From an uncultured Hyphomicrobiales bacterium (lineage in GTDB: Bacteria > Bacteroidota > Ignavibacteria > Kapaibacteriales > UBA2268), in NCBI GenBank assembly GCA_964645005.1, contig CAZXYS010000006.1:4741-68740 (forward strand): a stretch of 64,000 bases of DNA, read 5' to 3'. The position numbers and the translations under genes were made by a program. The notes under the pieces were generated by a model that saw nothing but the letters and a program-made list of their open reading frames with translations, did no database searches and was not told where the DNA came from. How positions within the stretch are numbered: position 1 is the stretch's first letter; each line of letters starts with the position of its first letter. Positions 48,100 to 57,170 of the stretch are shown piece by piece.

Positions 48100-48825
48100 T
48101 TGAGTAAAAGAAAGGATAAGAAAATTGTAGTGTATTGCGATTTCGACGGGACCATAACTAAGAAGGATATAGGTGACGAACTGTTCAAGGTTTATGGCAA
48201 ATTCCAGCCATATAACCAGGAATTAAGAAAAGGTAAGTTTAGCATAACAAAATACTGGCAAATTCAATGCCGGGAGCTTGACCCCGGTATTGATGCGTTT
48301 ACTATAGCGCAATTTGCCCGCGAATGCGAAACAGACCCATATTTCAAGGAGTTCACCCAATACTGTGAAACCAATAACATTGCTCTCTCAATAGTCAGCG
48401 ACGGATTCGAAGAATACATCTATCCAATACTTGAAAAGGAAGGTCTTTCCCATCTGCCCGTTTACTGCAACAGGATGGATTTTACTGAAGATAGGATCAG
48501 ACCTGTCTTTCCCGGGGCGGATGAATCATGCGAGTGCCCCTGCGCTTCCTGCAAGCGTAATGCGGTTTTATCAAATACGCCCCCGGAAAGTATAATTGTC
48601 TTTATCGGCGACGGGCATTCAGACTACTGCGCTGCAGAACACGCGGACATTGTATTCGCTAAGAAAGAGCTTGCAGCTTACTGTAATGACAATCGGATAC
48701 CTCATTATCCGTTCAAGACTTTCTTCGATGTCCTGAGAATTTTTAAAAAAATTGTTAATAATAATGACATTAGAATCAGGCATCAGGCAAAACTCAAAAG
48801 AATTAAAGCATTCGAAATAGAATGA
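48100..48825 (+). CDS. HAD-superfamily subfamily IB phosphatase (MtnX-like)
   Basis: Motif I DFDGTIT near the N-terminus. Motif IV-like GDGHSDYCAA. Cys-rich insert ESCECPCASCKRN. Starts at TTG. Confidence 0.6.
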   Translation: MSKRKDKKIVVYCDFDGTITKKDIGDELFKVYGKFQPYNQELRKGKFSITKYWQIQCRELDPGIDAFTIAQFARECETDPYFKEFTQYCETNNIALSIVSDGFEEYIYPILEKEGLSHLPVYCNRMDFTEDRIRPVFPGADESCECPCASCKRNAVLSNTPPESIIVFIGDGHSDYCAAEHADIVFAKKELAAYCNDNRIPHYPFKTFFDVLRIFKKIVNNNDIRIRHQAKLKRIKAFEIE

Positions 48826-48884
48826 TAAATCAATAAGTTTAGAGAATCTCAGAATTTTATGATTAACGCAAAATCGATCTTTAA

Positions 48885-50471
48885 ATGAAAAAAAGCATAT
48901 ACATAGTTTTAGCAATAATACTCTTATTTTCAACAAATTTTGCTCAGGAGCAAAGCGAAGCGGACTTAAGAAAAACCGTTATCGACTCTGTCTGGGTAAA
49001 TAATGCTTTAATTCCCGAGACAAAATATGACGATATAGTTATGGCGGCGGATGATTCCATAACTTTTCGTTATCATCTCGAAGCCGGCGAGAAACAGAGG
49101 ACCAGACTGCTCTTCAGAATAATTCTTAAGACCGGCAACGATTCTTCAAATCATGTTTACAGACTCAGGACATTCAAATTCAAGAAAATGCCTGAAGATA
49201 AATATACACTAAAGATAAAAGCTTTTGACCCAAGGGGCATCTGGAAAGCTGAACCTGCGTTTTTGCAATTCATTGTTGATAATGAAAAAGCCGAAATGCA
49301 AAGACGCCTGGACAGCTTAGAACGCGAACAGGCAATAAAAGACAGTCTCCTGGCAGAAAGCAAAAAGAAAGAAAATTCAGGCAGAATCTTTGATTTTTCT
49401 TCAACAGAACTTATCATTTTTTCTGTAATTTTGTTTACTTTATTTATATTAATTCTTTTTGTCATTATTTTCTACAAAAGAAGACAAAAAGCGGCACAAA
49501 ACAAAACAAAAAAAGCATTACAAGAACTAGATTCATTAAGAGAGGATGCACAAATGAATCAGGAAGAAAAGAACATCAGTGAAAGCGAACATCAAAAACT
49601 ACTGAAGGAAAATAACGATCTTCAGGCTGAGTTAAAAGCCTTACGTGCGCAAATCGATGGAATGCAGACCCGGGGCGAAGAACTGCAAAATCAAAACAAA
49701 GAACTGCAGGAACAAGTTAAGCGCCTGACAAATATGAAGGAAGAACTCGAAGACCTGCAAAACCAGAAAGATGAGTTATTTGCTGTAATAATCCATGATA
49801 TCAAAAATCCGGCAGCACTCATAAAGAGTCTTGTTGATCTGCTGCGCTCCTATGACCTGACAGCAAATGAGCAGCAGGATATAATGAACGATATCTTCGA
49901 AACAACCACACGAATAGTTGCCTTATCGCAGGAAGTCTCGAAGATTCTTGCCCTCGAAGGAGGCAGGCTGAAAATGGACTTCGAGCAACTACAGGTGAAC
50001 GATATATGCGACCACATTTACCGCACAAATAAATACGCAGCGGATGAAAAAGATATTCAATTATCCCTGGACCTTGATGAAGAACTGCCTGAAGCCGAGG
50101 TCGATGCCCAAAAAGTCGAGGAAGTTCTTGATAATCTGGTTTCTAACGCTGTCAAATTCACCCAAAAAGGGGGTGATGTGCAAATCCGTTCTCACCACAA
50201 AAATGGTGAAATAGTGATTGACGTTAGTGATAACGGACTTGGACTCGCCGAGGAAGATATTAAGGAGGCATTCAAACGCGGAGCTAAACTCAGTGCCCAG
50301 CCTACGGGGGGTGAATCATCCACCGGTCTGGGGTTGTGGATAGTCAAAAAACTCATAGAAGCTCATAAAGGGCGTGTCTGGGTCAAGAGTTCCGTTGGAA
50401 AGGGCTCGACCTTTTCCTTCTCTCTTCCAATAGTCCGTGAAGTAGAAGAAGAAGTGATAGTTGAACCTTGA
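48885..50471 (+). CDS. Sensor histidine kinase (signal peptide, extracytoplasmic domain, 1 TM, coiled coil, HisKA + HATPase_c)
   Basis: H-box AVIIHDIKNP. N/G boxes LVSNAVKFT, DNGLGL, GGESSTGLGLWIVKK. No adjacent response regulator. Confidence 0.85.
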   Translation: MKKSIYIVLAIILLFSTNFAQEQSEADLRKTVIDSVWVNNALIPETKYDDIVMAADDSITFRYHLEAGEKQRTRLLFRIILKTGNDSSNHVYRLRTFKFKKMPEDKYTLKIKAFDPRGIWKAEPAFLQFIVDNEKAEMQRRLDSLEREQAIKDSLLAESKKKENSGRIFDFSSTELIIFSVILFTLFILILFVIIFYKRRQKAAQNKTKKALQELDSLREDAQMNQEEKNISESEHQKLLKENNDLQAELKALRAQIDGMQTRGEELQNQNKELQEQVKRLTNMKEELEDLQNQKDELFAVIIHDIKNPAALIKSLVDLLRSYDLTANEQQDIMNDIFETTTRIVALSQEVSKILALEGGRLKMDFEQLQVNDICDHIYRTNKYAADEKDIQLSLDLDEELPEAEVDAQKVEEVLDNLVSNAVKFTQKGGDVQIRSHHKNGEIVIDVSDNGLGLAEEDIKEAFKRGAKLSAQPTGGESSTGLGLWIVKKLIEAHKGRVWVKSSVGKGSTFSFSLPIVREVEEEVIVEP

Positions 50472-50495
50472 TAAGAAATAACATTATCTTATGAA

Positions 50496-51284
50496 TTAGA
50501 ATCTTACACTCAAATAGATACCATTATTGAATACCGAAAGACTATAAAGTTTGTCTTTTGTGTGATGCAGGTCCGGCACAAAATATCCTATCAGGCTCCC
50601 AATAACCGCCCCGGTCAGGATATCTGAAGGGAAATGCTTCCCTGAAGCGTACCTCAAATACCCAACCAAACCTGCTAATGACAGGCTCGATCCCCATATA
50701 ACATAATTCCATTCCTCATCATCAACATAATCCTGAAATATCTTAGATAAAAATACCGCGCTCGCAAATGATACTGTAACATGCCTTGAAATGAAGGATT
50801 CCTTGGTTTCTCGTCCCTGCTTTGTTAGTAAAGATACTTCATTATTATAGGCATAGGGTCTGATCCTTTGGACTGTTCCTTTGAAAACAAGCGGAATGGA
50901 ACTACTTAGTATAACAGTTTGCATATATATCACTGAAACAGGGATTAGATCCGAGCGAATTTTCTCATTCAAAGTTAATAACACTGGGGCAGCGCCTAAT
51001 CCAAACATAAGATAATCACTGAGCTCAGACAGCTCCGGCGACCAATTATAGCAGGCTGATCTATCAAACCGATTAACATCACTTATATTTAACTCATTTA
51101 TTTCCGGAACTGACAATGGCTCAATATCATTTTCCAAAATCAATCCGGTTATTCCGATTGCAGCGCCTCCTGTAAATATAACTACCTCCTTAAGCGGCTT
51201 TAATTCATAAGGTCCGTTAGAAAATAGAGTATTAATTTGCATCATCATTATTATGATAATGGCGAGGTATCTATAAAATCCCAT
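50496..51284 (-). CDS. PAP2-family membrane phosphatase
   Basis: PAP2 motifs KGTVQRIRP (KxxxxxxRP), SFISRH (PSGH variant), LRYASGKHFPSD (SRxxxxxHxxxD). Confidence 0.7.
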   Translation of the reverse strand: MGFYRYLAIIIIMMMQINTLFSNGPYELKPLKEVVIFTGGAAIGITGLILENDIEPLSVPEINELNISDVNRFDRSACYNWSPELSELSDYLMFGLGAAPVLLTLNEKIRSDLIPVSVIYMQTVILSSSIPLVFKGTVQRIRPYAYNNEVSLLTKQGRETKESFISRHVTVSFASAVFLSKIFQDYVDDEEWNYVIWGSSLSLAGLVGYLRYASGKHFPSDILTGAVIGSLIGYFVPDLHHTKDKLYSLSVFNNGIYLSVRF

Positions 51285-51351
51285 CAGCTTACTTCCATAT
51301 TTTCAATAACTGATATTTAATGAAATTAATTTGTTCGTTCATCGATTTAGC

Positions 51352-52899
51352 TTAAATGAACATCTTAAGTTTTTCCCAGAGTTCATCCAAAGGCAGCTTC
51401 GGATTTGTACAAATGTAAATATTTCGGTTGTTTTCGTAAGGCATACAGTAATCACATTTAAACTCGCCGCTCTTGTAAATCAGCTTGAAATACTGCTTCA
51501 ACTCTTCCTCGTCGCCGCCGAGCACGATGAAAGTCTTCCATACCCTGTCACCATAGCCCCAGAGCCAGTAATTATTATGCGCGGAAATCACTTTGGGCAA
51601 TTCGTATTTATCGCTGTAGTATTCCATAGCGCCGGCTTCACCGTAGTTTTGCGCAAATATCACGCTGCGGCGCTGCGCCGATCGAGGCAATTCCTTATAT
51701 ACTTCCGAAACAGTCTTCGCCATTTTTTCCCAGCCGTGCATATCTGCATAGAATTGATGCAGCTTCTGCGTTTCCTTGCTTTCATGATTTGTAAAAGATA
51801 TGCCAATAGTATTTGAGTAAGCTATAAATTTCTCAACCGGCAGGAACGGCAGTGTGTATGGCGCTAATATCAAGCCAAAGATAATCAGGACCGCCGGCAG
51901 AGCGAATTTTATCCATTTGTACGAGCTTTCTATCAATCCCTCAAATTTCACGGCGCCCGCTGTGAGCAGAATAGGATAAGCCGCGGCTATGTACTCAGGC
52001 TTGCTGTGCCAGTTGATAAACAAAATCACAAACGTAACGGCAAAAATGATCCCCAGCGGCATATATCTCTTATCATTTTTTGTCAGGAAAAGAAAATGCA
52101 GTCCCGCACCTGCGATGATAATATTTATCGGATTCATATATATTATTTGTCCCATGATGAAATCAAAAGCTGTCACACCGCTGTTTTTTATCTGAGTGGC
52201 ATTCCTGATAAATTCGATATGGGCAAAGTCATGACTGATATTCCAGATGATATAAGGCGTGAAGATCGCAATAGCAGCCACAGCACCGAAGTAAAACCAC
52301 TTGTTCTTAAACCATTTTCGCTGGTCGGTCACAGCCAGAGCCGCGATCAAGCCAATTGCAAACCAGACCATGCTGACTTTGTTCATCATCCCCAGACCAA
52401 CGATTATACCCAGATCCAGCCACAGCTTCTGGTCATTTTCCTTTAAAATCACCGTAAACAAATAAGCCGCAGCTATCCAAAATAACACATCAAGGCTATT
52501 AATTGAATAAATTGTATTAAAAGCCAGAAATATCGGCGCCAAAATAACAGCAAGACAAGTAAGAACAACCGCGAATATTTTTCCGCCCATTTTGTAGGTC
52601 AAAAGTCCCGCGAAATAAACGGACATGGCACCAAAGACAGCGGGTATCATCCTGATAATGAACACAGAATCGCCAATAAATGGTTTAAGTCTTGCCAGAA
52701 GATAGACAGACAGCGGCGGCTGATCGACATAGCCCCAGTCGAGCCGGTCGGCACAGGCAAGATAATAAAGCTCATCGCGGAAAATACCGTAACCTGCAAA
52801 AGCATTTGTCAGTAAATGAATTGCCAGTTTTATAAGAGCAAAAATTATTAAGATCAGGATGACATTGGTTGGTTTTAACGAGTTTTTAGTTGCTTTCAT
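51352..52899 (-). CDS. Membrane glycosyltransferase, ArnT/PMT-like (GT83/GT39 family)
   Basis: 515 aa, >10 TM helices. N-terminal loop FRDELYYLACADRLDWGYVDQPPL resembles the DE-containing first periplasmic loop of ArnT/PMT enzymes. Confidence 0.65.
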   Translation of the reverse strand: MKATKNSLKPTNVILILIIFALIKLAIHLLTNAFAGYGIFRDELYYLACADRLDWGYVDQPPLSVYLLARLKPFIGDSVFIIRMIPAVFGAMSVYFAGLLTYKMGGKIFAVVLTCLAVILAPIFLAFNTIYSINSLDVLFWIAAAYLFTVILKENDQKLWLDLGIIVGLGMMNKVSMVWFAIGLIAALAVTDQRKWFKNKWFYFGAVAAIAIFTPYIIWNISHDFAHIEFIRNATQIKNSGVTAFDFIMGQIIYMNPINIIIAGAGLHFLFLTKNDKRYMPLGIIFAVTFVILFINWHSKPEYIAAAYPILLTAGAVKFEGLIESSYKWIKFALPAVLIIFGLILAPYTLPFLPVEKFIAYSNTIGISFTNHESKETQKLHQFYADMHGWEKMAKTVSEVYKELPRSAQRRSVIFAQNYGEAGAMEYYSDKYELPKVISAHNNYWLWGYGDRVWKTFIVLGGDEEELKQYFKLIYKSGEFKCDYCMPYENNRNIYICTNPKLPLDELWEKLKMFI

Positions 52900-52984
52900 A
52901 TCATATTTTTTTAATATGCCCGAATTTTTTTCAAAAATATGAAATTATATATAAATCTACATATTGCTTTAAAAATAAACTATC

Positions 52985-53105
52985 AAATAGATTTGCAAAA
53001 GAGTCATTTCGAGGAGCGAAGTTGAGCTTTGCGAAATCCTGCTTGAGCAGGGCGGCGAAGCAATCCCGAAATTCAAGAGATTGCTTCGCTTCGCTCGCAA
53101 TGCCA
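52985..53105. repeat. Short palindromic repeat (family 2a), tandem/complex copy
   Basis: gagcgaagttgagctttgcgaaatcctgcttgagcagggcggcgaagcaatcc...gattgcttcgcttcgctcgcaatgcc. The perfect gcgaagcaatc/gattgcttcgc hairpin gives the spurious DCFASLAM-type ORF at 52890-53111. Confidence 0.6.
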
Positions 53106-53261
53106 GTTTAATGTCTTTTTAATTGGGAATATTGAAAATCCTATATTAAGTAAATGCTGTTTCACATTGGAAATTAATTCTTTCTTTTGTTAAAAGGTTA
53201 AGTTAAAGCCGGAAATTTCCGGTAAGTTAACCGCTAATTTCTAAACCACAACATTTCAGGT

Positions 53262-53320
53262 ATTTAGACGAACCGCCCTCATTTAGGGATGAGGGAATTC
53301 TTCTAATGAATTTTCAGGGC
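53262..53320 (+). repeat. MITE-like repeat family 1, partial copy D
   Basis: ccctcatttagggatgagggaattcttctaatgaattttcaggg matches the 3' arm of copies A-C. Confidence 0.55.
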
Positions 53321-53368
53321 TTATATGTTTTATTCAGTAAACTGAATCTTAAGATTGACTTCTATTAC

Positions 53369-54727
53369 TTATTCACCTTCATAACCTCGTTTTTTGTCGT
53401 AGGAGCGGACAGCTTTTTGGTAAATTATCAGCGAAACCGCCGATACCGCGCCGATACACGCAAATACGAACCAGAGGTAATAAGAATGCTCGTAATAAGG
53501 GGCAAGCTGCTCCTGTGTTAAGCCGGCAAGTTCCGGTTTATTGGGATTGGGACAGAAAGCGTCCAGCAGGAAGCCCGATATACCGAATCCTATCAGATTG
53601 GCAAAAAACGAGTGGAGGTGGGAGAAGCCCAGATACAGTCCCTCCTCTCCTTTAGGAGCCTGTTTCGAGAAATACTCAAGATATCGCGGACTTATGAAGC
53701 ACTCGGCAAGCCCCTGAAACGCAATTCCGGTGATCATCATCACAACTACCGGATGTAAAGAGAAAAAGCCGAATATTGACATCGAATTGCCTACAGACTG
53801 CTCGAGGAAGTAGCCGGATGACATAAGCAATGCTGATACAGGCATTATAAACATTCCTGCTGTCAGTGATGTTATTGCTCGAAATCTGCTCATAAGATTG
53901 GTAACAAGAACAACAAAGAGCATGACCGTTAGTGGATTGACGTTTGCAACCCATTCCGGGGCAGCCTGCTCTCCTGCAAGCCGCAGTACGTATTTAGGCA
54001 TAGTCGCGTACATCTGATGCTGGATCATCCAGAAACCACTGACTATCAAAATCAAAAACAACAGGCGCGGTTTCGTCATAACGACTACGAATGAGCGCCA
54101 GACATCTTTAAGCGATTTACCTTCTCCCTCCGTATCAATGCTTTTATAAAAAATGATTACCGCAATAAGAGCTAAAAATGTTAGAATCGCAGATACAAAC
54201 ATAACTTCTTTCAAGCCCAGCGCAAGCCTGACAGGATATGCAAATGTCTTGCCTGAAAATGCGCCTATGTTGACTACGAGATAGAATATGGAATAGCCGC
54301 GTGCTCTGTTTTGCGTAGTTGTGCTTTTAGCAACGGTTCCGGTTATAAGTGATTTGATGAAAGCGCCTCCTATCATAAGCAAGACATAAGCCGGCAGAAC
54401 CGTCAGCTTGTATGGAAGGGCTGCCAGAGTGAAATAAGCAATTGTTTGCAATGCAAAAGCCAGGATAATGGCTTTCCTGAATCCCATTTTGTCGGAGTAA
54501 GCGCCAACAAATGTGGGTAGAAAGTATACACCTGCACTGAAGAATGCCCCGATAATACCAGCTAATTCATCACTGTAGCCTACAACTCTCGATAAATACA
54601 GTGATATCGAGATGAACATCGCATAAAATGCTGCCCGCTCGAGTAACTCAGATGCGTTTGCCGTCCAGAAAGTCCGTGGGAAGTGCCATTTGCCTTTCTT
54701 TTCGGATGCTTCTAGATTTTCTGCCAA
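53369..54727 (-). CDS. MFS transporter, POT/PTR2-like (proton-dependent oligopeptide transporter family)
   Basis: 452 aa, 12-14 TM. N-terminal FPRTFWTANASELLERAAFYAM resembles the POT signature (ExxERFxYY-like). Confidence 0.55.
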   Translation of the reverse strand: MAENLEASEKKGKWHFPRTFWTANASELLERAAFYAMFISISLYLSRVVGYSDELAGIIGAFFSAGVYFLPTFVGAYSDKMGFRKAIILAFALQTIAYFTLAALPYKLTVLPAYVLLMIGGAFIKSLITGTVAKSTTTQNRARGYSIFYLVVNIGAFSGKTFAYPVRLALGLKEVMFVSAILTFLALIAVIIFYKSIDTEGEGKSLKDVWRSFVVVMTKPRLLFLILIVSGFWMIQHQMYATMPKYVLRLAGEQAAPEWVANVNPLTVMLFVVLVTNLMSRFRAITSLTAGMFIMPVSALLMSSGYFLEQSVGNSMSIFGFFSLHPVVVMMITGIAFQGLAECFISPRYLEYFSKQAPKGEEGLYLGFSHLHSFFANLIGFGISGFLLDAFCPNPNKPELAGLTQEQLAPYYEHSYYLWFVFACIGAVSAVSLIIYQKAVRSYDKKRGYEGE

Positions 54728-54811
54728 AGTTCTCCTCCGTTTATTTATGGATGATGTTCTATTTAGCCGCTTCTATTGTAGAGGAGCCTGTCTCAAAAGT
54801 TAATTAATGTC

Positions 54812-54900
54812 ATTCCTGCTAATGTCTTTAGATCCTGCTTTAGCAAGGTAGGAATCTGATGAATTCGGGATACTTCGCTGCGCCCAGGATGACGTTACTA
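54812..54900. repeat. Short palindromic repeat (family 2a)
   Basis: gtcattcctgc...atcctgctttagcaaggtaggaatctgat...gcccaggatgac. Confidence 0.55.
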
Positions 54901-54936
54901 AGGTTTTCACACTTTTAGGACAAGCACATATCAAAA

Positions 54937-57036
54937 TCATTCTCCCTTAGTATATTTATCCAAAAACTCGAAGAATTCCTTGCTCCATACGATAAATTCC
55001 TGCGGATGCGCAATGAAATGCGTCTCCTCAGGGAAATAGACCAGCTTCGACGGTATGTCTTTCACCTGCGCAACTGTAAATGCTTCCAGACTTTGAGTAT
55101 ACGGTACGCGGTAATCGTGTTCCCCCGTGCTGATCATTATAGGTGTATCCCATTTATCCGCATAAGTATGGGGTGAATGCTTTACGTATTGCTCTTTGTT
55201 TTTTTCTTTCCAGTAAGGTCCGCCGTATTCCCAGTTGGGGAACCATAATTCTTCGGTAGAGCCGTACATGCTTATGAAATCAAATACCCCGCAATGGGAA
55301 ACGAATGCCTTGAAGCGCCCATCGTGATTTCCAGCCAGCCAGAATACGGCATAACCGCCGGCGCTGGCTCCAACTGCACAGAGTTTTTCTTCGTCAATAT
55401 ATTTTTCTTTTTTCATTTCATCCGTTGCTGCCAGAATGTCCTCCATCGGCTGCCCGCCCCAGTCTAGGCTGATGGCGTCGTTCCATTCCTGCCCAAAGCC
55501 GGGAAGCCCGCGGCGGTTTGGCGCAACAACGACGTAACCATGGGAAGCCATCAAATACAGGTTCCAGCGATAATGGAATCGGGGCGTAATGGTTGACTGC
55601 GGTCCGCCCTGACAATATGTGATCATCGGATATTTTTCAGAGGGATTGAAATTTGGCGGATAGAGTACCCAGCAATGTACTTTCTTTCCGTCAGTGCTTT
55701 CGATCCATTTCTGCTCGACATTGACGGGATACAATTGTGCGAATTCAACTTCATTTATCTGCGTGACGGGTTTAATTTCTTCGGATTCAAGGTTCATCTT
55801 GTAGAATTCCACCGGGCGCTGGAATCGCTGGCGTCCGTAAATGATCTCTTTACCGCCGGGAGTTACGGATAGTCCGCCGCCATGGCGGTAGACACCGTCG
55901 GTGATTTTTTCCCATTTGCCGTCCGTAGTTACATTGTAGATCTGTATAGTACCTTCATCGCCGGCAGTGAAATAAAGTGAATTCCCATCCGGTGCCCAGG
56001 TGAATTCATATACCCATTGGTTGAGTGTTTTGGTCAGGTCGGTGATCTGACCTGTTTCGCGGTCGTAGATCATCAGACGGATCTTGTCAGCTTCAAAGCC
56101 GGCGCGGCGCTGGCTTGTGAAAGCGATGTAATCGCCGTCAGGTGAATAAAGCGGCGCCTTGTCAAAGCCGGGCATATCTTTTGTAATATTTTTAGTTTTA
56201 TTTTTTTCTATATCCACTATGTAAATATCAGAATTGGTGCTTTCGACAAAATTATCGGCTTTTTTGGATGTATAAGCTATTTCTTTGCCGTCGGGAGCCC
56301 AGCAGATCTCTTCTGCGCCGCCCCATGGTTTTAGCGGGGTGTCATATTTTTCATTGGGCATGAGATCTTTAGGTTCGCCGCCGTCAACAGGCTGGATGAA
56401 TAAATGGGAATACTTTTTATCTGTCCATTCGTCCCAGTGGCGCACAGGGAGATCCTCATAAATCCTAATGTTAGCTTTAGGATATTTGGGATATTTTTCG
56501 TCGAGTGATTTTTCGAGCTTGACTTCCGAAGTGAATGAATAATACTTGCCATCGGGAGAAAAGGCGAAGTTAGATATGCCGTTGGGCATGTCGGTGACTT
56601 TTTCAGGCTCGCCGTTGGGAAAATCCATAACGTAAGCCTGAGCATTGTCGCCGCGGGTAGATATAAATGCGATCTTCTTGCTGCCGGGCGACCATCGTGG
56701 ATTATAATCGTAGGCGTCGGATTTGGTGATCTTTTTCATTATACCGCCTTCGATTGGCGATGAGTAAATAAATTTGCTGAAAGAATTTTCCGTTATTTCA
56801 GGATAAGTCTTAACATAAATGATATTTTTCCCGCCGGGTGACAGCTGCAGATCGCTGAGACGGTGCATTGTCATTAAATTGAATGCAGTAAAAAGGTCTT
56901 TTGATATTTTATATTTGGCTGTTCCCGGGGCAGATTCCGTTTTTAATTTCTGGCAAAAAAGATTATTGCCAAAAAAAAAGATAATTGTTATTAAAACAAT
57001 TGCCGATATTTTTATTTTCATCTTTGTCTCCTTCAA
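54937..57036 (-). CDS. S9-family serine peptidase (prolyl oligopeptidase/acylaminoacyl-peptidase-like) with N-terminal beta-propeller
   Basis: Signal peptide. PD40/TolB-like propeller repeats (SPDGK, APDGK). C-terminal alpha/beta hydrolase with nucleophile GASAGGY and HD dyad (GEHDYRVP). Confidence 0.8.
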   Translation of the reverse strand: MKETKMKIKISAIVLITIIFFFGNNLFCQKLKTESAPGTAKYKISKDLFTAFNLMTMHRLSDLQLSPGGKNIIYVKTYPEITENSFSKFIYSSPIEGGIMKKITKSDAYDYNPRWSPGSKKIAFISTRGDNAQAYVMDFPNGEPEKVTDMPNGISNFAFSPDGKYYSFTSEVKLEKSLDEKYPKYPKANIRIYEDLPVRHWDEWTDKKYSHLFIQPVDGGEPKDLMPNEKYDTPLKPWGGAEEICWAPDGKEIAYTSKKADNFVESTNSDIYIVDIEKNKTKNITKDMPGFDKAPLYSPDGDYIAFTSQRRAGFEADKIRLMIYDRETGQITDLTKTLNQWVYEFTWAPDGNSLYFTAGDEGTIQIYNVTTDGKWEKITDGVYRHGGGLSVTPGGKEIIYGRQRFQRPVEFYKMNLESEEIKPVTQINEVEFAQLYPVNVEQKWIESTDGKKVHCWVLYPPNFNPSEKYPMITYCQGGPQSTITPRFHYRWNLYLMASHGYVVVAPNRRGLPGFGQEWNDAISLDWGGQPMEDILAATDEMKKEKYIDEEKLCAVGASAGGYAVFWLAGNHDGRFKAFVSHCGVFDFISMYGSTEELWFPNWEYGGPYWKEKNKEQYVKHSPHTYADKWDTPIMISTGEHDYRVPYTQSLEAFTVAQVKDIPSKLVYFPEETHFIAHPQEFIVWSKEFFEFLDKYTKGE

Positions 57037-57061
57037 TATATTATTTTTAAAAATATTTGCC

Positions 57062-57125
57062 CTTTGTCACAGTTCGACTCCGCTCACTGTAGCAGAGCCA
57101 GCCGCTCTAGGCAGAGTCGAAGGAA
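57062..57125. repeat. Short palindromic repeat (family 2b)
   Basis: gtcacagttcgactccgctcactgt...gagtcgaaggaag. Lies between the two S9 peptidase genes. Confidence 0.55.
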
Positions 57126-57170
57126 GTTATTTCAATTTAAAAACAAAATTTTGATTCTCCCTTAAAATTA

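Noticed and set aside
52890-53111. 73-aa ORF ending ...NSRDCFASLAMPV
   Set aside because: Encoded entirely by the palindromic family-2 repeat. This is the classic repeat-derived pseudo-ORF.
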